Shown piece by piece: positions 14,640 to 26,029 of a stretch of DNA of 64,000 nucleotides (position 1 is its first letter; each line of letters begins with the position of its first letter). The translations under genes were made by a program, and so were the position numbers. Where the stretch lies: positions 3,968,001 to 4,032,000 of the forward strand of contig CDPCPM010000052.1 of NCBI GenBank assembly GCA_976551045.1. The letters are read 5' to 3'. Below the pieces are notes generated by a model. The model was given only the letters and a program-made list of their open reading frames with translations, ran no database searches and was not told the DNA's origin. The DNA comes from Glaucostegus cemiculus. Lineage: Eukaryota.

Positions 14640-15070
14640 GGTATCAAAAATTATTGTTGAGCAAAGGAGAGTGGGAAGATGTGCACAATCAGCAGTTAGA
14701 GGTTTGAAAGGTTGTGGGAAGCTTTGCAGAGTTGTAGGATGCGCTAGAGATTGGCTAGAGTGAGTCAAGGAGCGATTTGAACGTGACAACTTGGGTTGGA
14801 ACCAATGTACAATGGAAAGGATGATAGGCAAGCAGAATGCAATGACTTTTGGGCAAGTCAGAATTCCTTGAAGCCTGAAGTAGACCATCTCAAGGTGGGA
14901 GTTGAAATCATCTAAGGGATGCTAAAGCATGAATAAAGGCTTAATTGGTACAGGAGCTGAAGATGGATTGGAAATGGAAAATGTGAGGAACAGTTAAATA
15001 GTTTTGGTGAATAAATAGGTTGTGTTTTTTAAACTTGATTGTAGTTTGAGTTGGGAATTCTGAATAGCTT
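14640..15070 (-). mobile_element. Probable decayed L2 LINE fragment
   Basis: Purine-rich sequence resembling reverse L2 ORF2 remnants; no intact ORF. Confidence 0.4.
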
Positions 15071-15199
15071 GTTTATTCAGCAGGTCAAGCAGCATCTGGG
15101 GATGGGGGTAGAGTTGTCAACATTTCAGATTTGAAACTTGCATCAGGACTGAGAGTAGAGAGGGAAGATAGCCAGAATAACATTACTGGACTGGTTTTG

Positions 15200-15520
15200 A
15201 TTTATAGAAATGAAAGATCGAGTTTGAATCTCAGCACATCTATGGGGCAATGGAAATTCAACTGAATTTGGAATTTTTAAAGTCTTACTGGCCATACCAA
15301 TGAAACTACTGAATTATCATTGAAATCTAACTCATTCACCAATGTCACTCAGAATAAATCTGTCACCCTTGTGTCCCTACGTGTGACTCCAGATCCGTCA
15401 CTATGGTTGACTCTTAACTACCTCCTGAAATGGCCTTGCAAGTAAGTCAATTTGTGTGTTAATTGGGATAATCTGTCAGTTTTGCCAGTGACTTCCACAT
15501 CCTGTGAGTGAAGAAATAAA
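15200..15520 (+). mobile_element. Elasmobranch tRNA-derived SINE
   Basis: B-box-like gagtttgaatc; body tgtgactccagatc..ggttgactcttaact..ctgaaatggcct; tail cacatcctgtgagtgaagaaataaa. A partial relative lies near 53270-53480. Confidence 0.6.
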
Positions 15521-15779
15521 GTCTGCATCTGTGGTCAATGAGAGGCATTAAAATCACTGCAAAGAAAGGATTGTATGTCTGAAGGCAGTAGAGTACATCC
15601 TTGGGACCCTTGGAATACCCATCCAGGAATTAGAGTGCTGTTTTTCATATGAATTGCCAATCAGGCTGTCTGCTTTATCAAAGGTAGTGTTTCTTGTGCT
15701 GTTGGACTTGCACACCCAAGGCAATGAGGACCCATACTTGTGCCTTGTAGACTGAAAGGTGTTGAAAAGTAAGGTGAGT

Positions 15780-16540
15780 CAGTCACCACAGATTTCCCAG
15801 CTGTGATTTTGCTCTTGTCAATGTGTTATTGATATGGCTGATCCAAGCAAGTTTGTGGTAAATGTAGGGAACTTGGCAATGGTACCGCCATTGAATATCA
15901 AAGATAAGTGATAGGTTGTTTTTGCTGCTAATGGTTGCCCTATGGTATTGGTATTGGTTTACTATTGTCATCCATGAGTTTATTAGCTAAAGCCTAAATG
16001 TTGTCTAGGTTTTTCTAACATTTCAGCTGCAGATGATTTAATTATGTAAAGTGTTATGAATAGAACTGAAGCTGTGCATTCACCTGCAAATATCTCTTGT
16101 TTCTGGGTGGACAATGGAAGTTGTGTCGCGATGAAGCAGCAACTGAAGATGGTTGGATTCAGGACACTGCCCTGAGGAACCCTTGGAATAATGTCCCAGG
16201 GCTTTGCCTGGTTGCCCTCCAATAAGCACAATGTTTGTGTCAGGTTTGACTCGCAAGTAGTGATAATTATTGGTGTCCCCACCCCCACCATTCTTATTGA
16301 CTTCAATTTTATTAGAAATTGATGCTTCAGTTTATTAATCTGAAAGATTAGTACTTTCACCTTCTTGAAATTGGGTCATTTGTCCACATTTTAACCAGGG
16401 CCGTAATGAAGTATGGAGTGGAATGATCCTGATGGAACCCAACCATGCAACAGTGAACACGTCATTGATAGGTGAAACTATCAGCAACCCTGCTGTCATT
16501 TTGATAATGCAGGTATGCTGATGGGACATTATTGGCTACT
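15780..16540 (-). mobile_element. Decayed CR1/L2-clade LINE reverse-transcriptase fragment
   Basis: ORF 15983-16360 contains the RT motif VPQGSVLNPTIF; flanks are degenerate. Confidence 0.7.
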
Positions 16541-17989
16541 TTGGATTTCTTCTCAAAGTGGTGAAACTGTAGAATTCTTGACCACAAAAAAATCAAGTCA
16601 AGTCAAGTCATTAGTGCTGTGTCCAACTTCAATGTATTTAATGGCAAATGAGAACAAGTGAAAGGAGAGTAAGCAGGATGAGGAACTGACTTTTGACGAT
16701 CAGCCATGGTCATATTGACAGGCGAGGCAGGCTGAAAGGGCCAAAAGTCCAGCTCCTATTTTCAACGTTTTGTGGATAGCATGGTCTGCTTTTCCAGTAG
16801 AATACTGTTGTTTTAGTTCTCAAACAGGAAGTTAGTTAAGGGGATGGCAGCTTTTAACATTGTCTGGAGATTGTTTAGACCCATGGCCTTTGCTTGAGCA
16901 CTGCTTGGTGTCATTTTGAGAGAAATGGTGGGTGACTGGCTTCTTTAGGGATCTGAGGAGGCTGAAATGATCATTCACTTGACACTCTTGCTTGAATATG
17001 GTTGCAAGCTATTCAACTTTGGCTTCTACATAGATGCTGGACTGCCCTGTCACTGAGTAACATTTGTCATCTCTAATGAGCTTTTTATTGTCTACCATGA
17101 TTCATGACTGGATGTGGCAAACCTGAAGAGCTTTGATCTGATCTGTTTTAAATTTTGCCTTGGTTTTGTGGCTAGTGATAGCTGAAGTGTATAATGGTAT
17201 TATAGTCTGCTGTGACATGATTAATTTTAATTGTTTTTCTTTTATTCTATCATAGGTTGTCACAATTACAGTTGGAAAGCATCATTGCTTAACTTCTGTA
17301 GAGAAATGTTTTTCATGTATTACTAGGCTAATAAGGATGTGCATATTTGCAATAATTGGTTGTACTCAAAGTAAATAATATGATGGCTAATCACGTTCCT
17401 GGCCTCATCACATGGTTATTCCTGTGGCCATTGTATCCAGAAAAAATAAGCATTTGCTCTCCAAAAAGATATTGGATATAGTTTCCATAAGTTATGAGCC
17501 ACTCCTGAGACACTAGTGTTTTTGTTGTTTCCCCTTTTTAAGAACAAAATGCAGACCTTATTAATGCTTCTGATTTGTCACCAAATTACCTCTCTGTCAG
17601 CCCCACCTTGTCCTTGCTCATTTTGTTGAGTGAGGAGACTGCTCCATGCGCTGGTGAAAAACCAGTGGTTTCAGTTGAATGAATTGGAGCCCTCCAAAGT
17701 CAGAAGAAAAATAATAAACAGAACAATAAGGCCCATGATTCAAGTTGTCCTGTTGTGACAATTAAAGCTGTAGTAAGATTACTCTCTGAACTTGCAAATT
17801 AACTAAATCATCTTGATTTCAAGACTGATTACATATTCATTAGTATAAATTGCAAAAGATTATTGAAATGTTTTGAGATTTCAACCAGTGCACTTTAATG
17901 ATAAAGAATTTGATGTAAAACAAGTTCCTGGGTTGTTCTTGAGCTTGACTTAAGCTTTCTATAGTTATTCATTCATTCACCTGAATCCA

Positions 17990-18400
17990 TACTCTCCTGT
18001 TTACCGATCACTGACTTGCACTGGTTCCTGATTCAGCAGTATCTCAACTTATAAGTCTTCATCCTAGTTTTTAAATCTCACTTTCACCATATCCCTGTAA
18101 CATTCTTCAGCCCTGCAGGCTTTCAAGAGACATTCTCCTCCAATTCTAACGCTGTGCAAGTCTGATCTTAGACACCCATGATAGAGTAACCAAACATTTT
18201 GACTGCTTTGATATTATTATCACCCTTAACCCCTCTACCCTTCCCTCCTCCAAGGCACTTCATAAAACATGCTGCTTTGATCAAGCTTTTGGTCATTTGT
18301 CATAATATCTCCATATGGCTGGTGCCAAATTTGGTTTGGTAAAACACCTGTGAAGTGTTGTGCGACTTTCCTTTAACTGTATTAAAACCACTGTCAATTT
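17990..18400 (+). mobile_element. L2 LINE 3' end
   Basis: gacttgcactggttcctgattcagcag...tataagtcttcatcctagtttttaaatct matches the L2 DLHWLP...K.LILVFKS C-terminal motif. Confidence 0.65.
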
Positions 18401-19039
18401 GTAATTGTTGAATTGTACCAAAAAAAAAATTATAACTTATTGTGCCCTGGTCATTTGGAATTAATTAGTTATGCAATGGCCTTGGTGATCTTGTGAAGAT
18501 ACCCAACAACCTACCTGTTGCAAAAATTTTCCTGAAACTCTCCTGCAATTTGAAACATCTTAAAAATAAAATATTCCTTGAATCAGCATTTAGGGTTCTG
18601 TATCTTTTAACTGGCCCAGTTTACGACTGCCCCAATAGCCCCCTCCATGCTCTATCACCCCACCTTCAGATTGTTGATATCTCAAAATCTAAAGTTCAGA
18701 GATTCAGTGAAAAATGTACTTGTCATTAAGGATCAGCAATAATATTATTGAAGGTTGGCTCAAGTGAACACCGTCTTCTCCTGCACAGTATTCATTTTAT
18801 TAAATGGTAATCATCGACAATTATCATTTTGTAAAATCACCTCTGTTTGCCTGTCGATGCACCAAAGGGTTCATTAGAATTCAGAAGGTTGGGGAGTAGG
18901 ATAATTTGGAAACTGATAATAGCTTGTCTGCTCCAAAGTAATTACTATCGTTGTAGTAAGTTTAACTGAGCAAGTTGGAAAGTTGAATGGAAAATTTATG
19001 GAAAAACATTCACAATGATGGGATTTAAGTGTGCTGAAT

Positions 19040-20170
19040 TGCAAAATCGACAATTGCATGACAGACTGAAAATTGAGACAGACTTTTACTAAGCTCTTGA
19101 ATTCTTTGACTTCTGCCTGTTGTGACACACAAAAGGTCATGGTATCAGAGGTAACGTATTGGGGTAGATAAAAGATCGGCTGGCTCATTGGAAATGAGAA
19201 TATTCACAATTCAGTTTATTTCTGAGTGGCAAGATGTTGCGAAGGACAAGCTATGGGGAATTGTGCTGAGGCTTCAAATTTTTGGAACTTGAAGGAACTG
19301 TTAAATTTGTTGATGCAAAGAAACTAATTTGTGAAGTGGATACCAGGAGGCTAGAAAGGAATAGAAATGACCCATTTTGGCAGGAAAAGCAATAATCTAG
19401 ATGAGAAGGGTACACAGTTCTGAGGTGTGCAGAGATCTAGTTGTCCTTGTGCTTAACTCACAGAAGGTAAGTATGCAATTATAGCAAGAAATTAGGAAAG
19501 CTGGCAATGTTACCATTTGTTTTTGCTGCATACGTAGGGAAGTTCTGCTTGGAGCATTCGTGAGATCACACCTGGAATACTGTGAATGGTAATAAAAACA
19601 GAAAATGCTGGAGAAACTCAGCAGATTAGGCAGCATCTGTGTAAAGATGTGTACATTTCAGGTCCTGACCCTTGGGCCCAGCTGTGAACAATATTGGTTT
19701 CCTTGCTTAAGAAAGGATGTTTAAAAAGTTGGTACCAGTTCAGAGCAGGTTTAGGAGACTAATATCTGCAAAGAATCGGTTGTCTTGTGTGGAAAGATTG
19801 GATGGCCTAGTCTGCTGGAGTTTAGAAGCGTGAACGGTCTCCTTCCTGTTTGAATATAACATCGAGAGGGATCTACACACGAGGATATTTACTGTTCTGG
19901 AAAATGCAGAACTACTTAGAATTAAGGAGTCAGCAATTCTAAATAGGCGAGACAACCTTTTCTCAGTTGGAGTAGTGAATTGTTGACCCTTCATTCCTCA
20001 AAGGGTGGTGGAAACGGTGTATGAATATCTTTAAGGCAGACATAGATGCATCGTAGGCAAAGAAATGAATTTACTCTGGATAGGCAAGAATACAGAGTTA
20101 AAATTATAATCAGATCAGGCTTGAGATGATGATGGCCTGCACCCACTCCTAATTCATTTGCTTGTATGCT
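19040..20170 (+). mobile_element. Decayed CR1 LINE interrupted by a short insertion at 19587-19681
   Basis: KFVDAK (FADDTK relic), VRSHLEYC (gtgagatcacacctggaatactgtg), 3' tail actcctaattc. Confidence 0.8.
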
Positions 20171-20692
20171 TTTGGTTGCTTTACATCACTCGCTTCAACT
20201 CAGCAAAACATGCCCTCTGTCCCCAGAATATCTGATATCATCGGCTGCTCCTTTTCACCTGGATCTATCTTGGGGCTTATCAGTTAGCAACAAGCATGCC
20301 AATATTCTTTGAATTTTCTAACTGACGTAATTATAAAACCCTCATCCATTCCCTTTTAGTCTTGGATACCAACACCACTCTCCCAGCTTTTGTTTTACAT
20401 CACTTATTAGAATATTGCAGATATGCTTAATCCAATTGCAATCAATGTTTAAATGGAATTTGATTGAATAATCAATCATTCTCACTGTTCCCTTCAGCCT
20501 CTCTTGGAACTGGTTTGGTTTTAATCAATCTGTGGTCATCCGGGGTCATTCTTGAGGTCAAATATGTTAATGGTCTTCTCGACAAGAGCTGTCTGTTATC
20601 AAGAGAATAAGTTGTGCTTTGGAGCGGGTTGTAGGTTTTGCCAGTGGGTCAGTTGTTTTATGACCTGGTAAGCAAATGGTGTATATATTAAG

Positions 20693-20822
20693 AGAAAACC
20701 AAAACTGCAGATGCTGAAAATCTAAAAAACAGAAAATACTGTCAATACTCAGCAAGTCAGGCCACATATGTGGTGAGAGAAATGGAATTGATGTTTCAGG
20801 CTGAAGACTCTTCATCAGGCCT
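20693..20822 (-). mobile_element. Penelope-derived short repeat with hammerhead-like core
   Basis: Minus strand reads CTGATGA-agagtcttcagcct-GAAACATC, followed by the family tail (ctgacttgctgagtatt...cagcatctgcagtttt). Confidence 0.65.
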
Positions 20823-20869
20823 GGGAAGGATTGGGTTGTGTGGGTTTGTTTGGGATAGTACCTTCCTGA

Positions 20870-21790
20870 ATATTTTTTTGAAGAGTAAGCAAGGAAGATA
20901 ATGAGGACAGCTGGTCTGATCTGGTCTCTGTGGATTTTGTCATGACATTCAACAAGGCCCCACCCACATCAGAATCAGGCTTATTATCACTGTTGGGTCG
21001 TGAAATATGTTGTTTGTGGCAGTAAGACACAAAAACCACTACATTACAAAAATAAATAATTCAAAAGAAGGATAACGAGCTAGTGTTCATGGACTGTTCA
21101 GACCTCTGATGGTGGAGGGGAAGAAGATGTTCCTAAAATGGTGAACATCAAACTTGGAAAATAAGACCCAATGTGAACTAAAGGAAAATAAAAGTTGCAT
21201 GCAAAAATGATCTTAATAGCACTAATAATGGTTTGTCTGAGTTTTGTGGTTGGGAGGACATATCTTGCTGTTTATACCTGTAAATGATTTCAAGTTAAAT
21301 ATGATTAAGAAGATAGCTTTTAGTGATATCAAGAAAGGAAGCTGTAAACTGCAGGAGGATATCAGTAGAGGGTGGAAAGAAATGGCAAATGGAATTTGGT
21401 CTGGAGAATATCAATGTAATGCATTTGGAGAGATCCATAAAGGAAATATTGATTCACGAGGATGTTGCTGGGATTGCAGGATTTTAGCTGTGAAGAAGTA
21501 TTGGCTGGACTGGATGTGTTTTTAGAGCAGGAAAGGCTGAGATGCATAAAATTTGAAAATGGAAAGAAAGGATCGTGTACCTTTGCAGCAAGGAGCATGG
21601 GTTTAACGTGTAAGTAGAAAGATTAGAGGCTGGAGGTGGGAGAGAAGTGGGATGAGAATTTTGTACCCAGAGGTTGTTGGAGGATCTGGAAGGTACTTCA
21701 CTATTTGAAAGTGTGATGGATGCAATATCTTTCAACCATTTTAAAAAGTAGATGGACATTTGAAATCCAATAAACTGAAAATCTCCTAAG
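20870..21790 (+). mobile_element. Decayed CR1 LINE with a nested reverse Rex1/Babar 3' fragment (~20965-21145)
   Basis: CR1 DF..TFNK.P and gattcacgaggatgttgctgggatt motifs; the insert begins with an atcagaatcagg tail and contains gatggtggaggggaagaagatgttcct. Confidence 0.6.
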
Positions 21791-23719
21791 TAAAAGTGGA
21801 GACACATGACTGCAGGTGCTGGAATCTGGAGCAACAGTCTGCTGGGAGAACTCTGTGGGTTGAGCAGCATCGGTGGCGGGTGGGGGGCGGGGAAGGAATT
21901 GTCGACATTTTGGGTCAAAACCCTACATCAGAATCCAATCAGGATTGGCTGGATAGCTCCTTGTTGGTTGGTGTTGACATGGTGATGAAAGAATTGCATT
22001 TTATTTGCCGTAACTAACATTTGGGCTATTTGCCTTTTGCTTGTTGTTTGCAGTAACAGTAAAATGTGTGCAATCACTGACAGAAGCAGTTTTCCCACCA
22101 ACCAGGTATAATATTTTGATGGCTGTAAGGAGATCTTCCATCTGATCCTTTTTACAAATTAAAATCCAAAGATGTAAAAATGAACATAAATGTAAGTGAA
22201 GGATAATATTTGAAAAGGTGCATGTGGTCAAGTGTTAGTCAAAGTCAAGTTCATTGTCATATGCACAAGTGCATGTATGCACAGGTACAATAAAAAAACT
22301 TGCAGCAGCATCACGGGCACATAACATCAGATAAGCAGCATTCACAAGACAAACAAATTATATGCAAAGGTTTGTACCTATGCAGAGATTATTGTTCCAC
22401 GTAGGATGGTTTAGGCTGTGCTATCGCTGGTGTCTGCGTCCCCCAGCATTTCTTCAGTGGAAATGCAACAGGAGCTGATGGCAAAGTCACCCCAACAAAA
22501 TGGGTAAAATGCCAAGGGACTTTCAAGATAAATACTGGAGTATGCTGTTGAGACAGAAAAATCTGAGATAGGCTACCCTTGCACCTTGCTTCCTTGTTGG
22601 AGTGTAATTATTAAACATGTTTCTGTTTCAGGATCATTTATTTACAAACATTAGCCATTCTAAAACTGTGATTTACATTATCATTAATGCAGTGTCAATA
22701 TCTGTTTTATTTAAAGCAGAAGTGAGTCATGACAACTGGTCTCGTATCACTTTCTTTATACTCTGTATTTATAATGTCATATTCCAACTGATTTGTGGAA
22801 ATTTGTGAATTAATTGGTGAAATTGCAAATCAGTTAGTCAGTTCAATAATTCATTGTCAAGTCAAATCAATAAACTTTGTAAATCAACTCAATTTATTCA
22901 TAAATGATCTGTAGATCAAGTGACCAATTAAACAATTAGCATGCACTTTGTAATTTATTAATTGAGAAATCAATCATTTAATTAAAATTCCAAATTTAAA
23001 CCACACATTTTAGAAGCATACTGGCACATGAATAATGGAATAATATTTTACTCGAGTGGTATTTGTGCCAGCATTTTGTAGCCAGTGATACCACAACTTC
23101 TTCGGGAAGGAGGAAGGGGGAGAGAAATGAATTGATCCATTAACCCTTCCTGCCCCTCCCCAGTCCCCTGACTGTCACCAGCAGAAATTTGAAAAGCTTT
23201 TTGGCTTAACTACTTTGAATATCTGCAGACCTTGAACATTCATTTAAAAATAATACATTTTGTTAAACATTGGTGCTTGTCCATTATCATGCAAGTCTCT
23301 TCTGGAGAAGGAAATGTCTCGATCTTTGCTTGGATGCATTTGGGCAGCTACACAGTAAGGCATTTGGTTACCAGCTTAGTCTTGAGCTTTGACATTGCTC
23401 ACATTACTAACTTCAAGACTTAATGCTTTTGACAAGATCCTATTTGGTAGACTGCTCCAGAATGTTAAGCCACAAGGGATCTGAGGCATGTTGGCAAACT
23501 GGATCCAAAATGGCTTAGTGACGGGAGGCAGAGGGTAATGGTCGATAAGCATTTTTCTGTCTGGAAGTCTAACAAGTGGTGTACTGCAGGGTTTGTTTTG
23601 TAATATATAATGACTTGGTTGAGAATTTAGGTGGTCTGACTACTAAATTTGCAGACAACACAAAAATTGGTAGAGCCATAGACAGCAACGAAGGTTGTCT
23701 CAGGATACGGCAGGACGTA

Positions 23720-24532
23720 GAACATTACAGCACAGTACAGGCCCTTCAGCCCACAATGTTGTGCTGGTATTTTATCCTGCTCTAAGATCTACCTCGCCCT
23801 TCCCTCCCACATCGCCCTCCATTTCTCTATCGTTCTTGTGGCTAAGAGTCTCTTAAATGTCCCTAATGTATCTGTCCCCACAACCTCTGTAGGCAGTGCG
23901 TTCCATGCACCCACCACTCTGTGTAAAAAAAAAAAAAATCCCTTACCCCTGACATCCCCCTTGTATCTTCCTCCAATTACCTTAAAATTATGTCCCCACG
24001 TGTTAGCCATAGTCATCCTGAGAAAAGTTTCTGACTGTCCATTCGATCTCTGCCTCTTATCATCTTGTACACCTCTATCAAGTCATCTCTCATCTTCCTC
24101 TCCAAAGAGAAAAGCCTTAGCGCACTCAACCTATCCTCATAAGACATGCTCTCCAATCCAGGCAGCATCCTGGTAAATCTCTTCTGCACCCTGTCTAAAA
24201 CTTCCACATCCTTTATATAATGAGGTGACCAGAACTGAACACAATACTCCATGTGTGGTCTGACCAGAGTTCTGTGGAGCTGCAACCTCACCTCGCAGCT
24301 GTTGAACTCAATACCCCGACTAATGAAGGCCATCACACCATACGCCTTCTTAGCCATGGCAACCTTGAGGGATCTATGGACATGGACCCCAAGATCCCTT
24401 TGTTCCTCCACACTGCTAAGAGTTCTGTCATTAACCTTGTATTCTGCTTTCAAATGCGATCTCCCAAAATGTATCCATTCACACTTATCTGAGTTGAACT
24501 CCATCTGCCACTTCTCAGCCCAGGTCTGCATT
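23720..24532 (-). mobile_element. 5'-truncated, comparatively young CR1 LINE
   Basis: ORF 24013-24585: WAEKWQMEFNSDKC...LVRPHMEYCVQFWSPHY...VQKRFTRMLPG...DLIEVYKM. ORF 23789-24016 has RVVGAWNALP. Tail agaacattacagcacagtacaggccc. Confidence 0.92.
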
Positions 24533-25023
24533 GTATTAAGCTGGAAAGTTAGGCAGAGCAGTGGCAGATTATTTAGTCCAGGCAAGTAACATTACGCAGT
24601 TTGCGAAGTCAAATTTTGTTCGGACATGTGGAATAAATGGCAGGGACCTCTGGAGCATTGATGTACCAAGACCTTGGGTGCTGAAAGTGGCCACACAGGT
24701 GGTAAAGAAGGCATTTAGTATGTTTACCTCTGTGGGTTGAGGCATTGAATATAAGAGTGAGGTCGTCATGTTGCAGCTGTACAAAAGATTGGTTCAACCT
24801 CATTTGGAGTATTGGGTGCAGTTCTGTCACCACACTACAGGCAGAATATAGTGGCAATAGAGAGTGTGCAGAAGAGATTCACCAGGATGTTGCCTGGAAT
24901 GGGGGGCTGTAGTTACGATGAGAGATTTGGATGGGGTGGGTTTATTCTCACCGGAATGTAAGAGGCTGAGGGGGTGACCAAATAGAGGTTTATAAAATTA
25001 TATATTGGATCGATTTCCACACA

Positions 25024-25057
25024 CCCCCTCCCCCCCCCCCCCCCCCCCCCCCCCCCC
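25024..25057. repeat. Poly-C tract inside CR1
   Basis: ~33 C with one T interruption. Confidence 0.9.
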
Positions 25058-26029
25058 TTGGGCAAGTGTGTCCAGAACAAGTGGGCACAGGTTTAAGCTG
25101 AGAGGAGAGAAGTTTAGTGGAGGTCTGAAGGGTAAGTTTTTTCACACAGGCTGTTGATTATCTGGAACAAGATGCTGGAGGAGGTGGAAGAGGCAGTTAC
25201 AGGTACAATGTTTACAGGGCATTTAGACAGGTACTTAGATGGGAAAGGGTAGAGGGATATGGGCCTAATGAGAGCAAATAGGATTAGTGTAGATGTACAT
25301 CACCATTGGCATGGATGAGATGGGCCAAACCAGCCTGTTCCTGTGCAGTACAATTTGATGATTCTAAGATCTTTGAATGAGATTCCCCAAAGCACATCAA
25401 TTTAATATTTGGGTCCAGTTTTGATTCATCTTGCACTGTTGAAACTATACTTGTTGGTTTGACTTTTCTGGTCAGCTTTGGAGCACCTGGTAATGATTAT
25501 CAGGCTACTAGATTAGTACAAGTACACATCTTTTTGTGTAATTGTGAAACAATTTTGTGTTATATCAGCATTAACCATGGGTATCTTGGGCAAAGTGTAG
25601 CACAATGGATGTTGTAGTTCTCAATTTTCATCACTACTGCCAGAGGAAGAAAAGATGCATACAGTTTATGGACAAGTATACATTTAGAGATCATGCATTT
25701 GATCAGCTTTGGTGCCCATAATCCAATGTTGCAAGATTCAACTCTCAATTTGACAACCTTAAATTAATTTTTCACTTCGGGACTGGAGAAAATTGAACAG
25801 CAAATGAAGTGGTTACATGTTTGAGGAATGCATTTACAAAATTTTTTTCTGTTAGTGGTGAAATATCAACTTTCTTTAAGATGTGTAAAAGTTGCTTGTT
25901 TTTATTGATGATTTAATCTATTATGTGTGTCTTTGCAAATAGATTATAGATCTTAAAGCTCTTTGTCACAGTGGAACAGTTATCCAAGCTGCAGTCATTT
26001 GTCAAAAGGTATTATAGAAGTAAGAACAA

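Larger units (their letters stand above)
23420..25370 (+). mobile_element. Host CR1 LINE split by a reverse CR1 insertion
   Basis: Left part has AFDK and KFADNTKIG..CLRIRQD (to ~23719). It resumes at ~24535 with LES.AEQWQ, HLEYWVQF, ESVQKRFTRMLPG and the 3' UTR to ~25370. Confidence 0.85.

Noticed and set aside
24013-24585. 190-aa ORF as a host gene
   Set aside because: It is the truncated C-terminus of CR1 ORF2; its N-terminus reads through from the neighbouring element.
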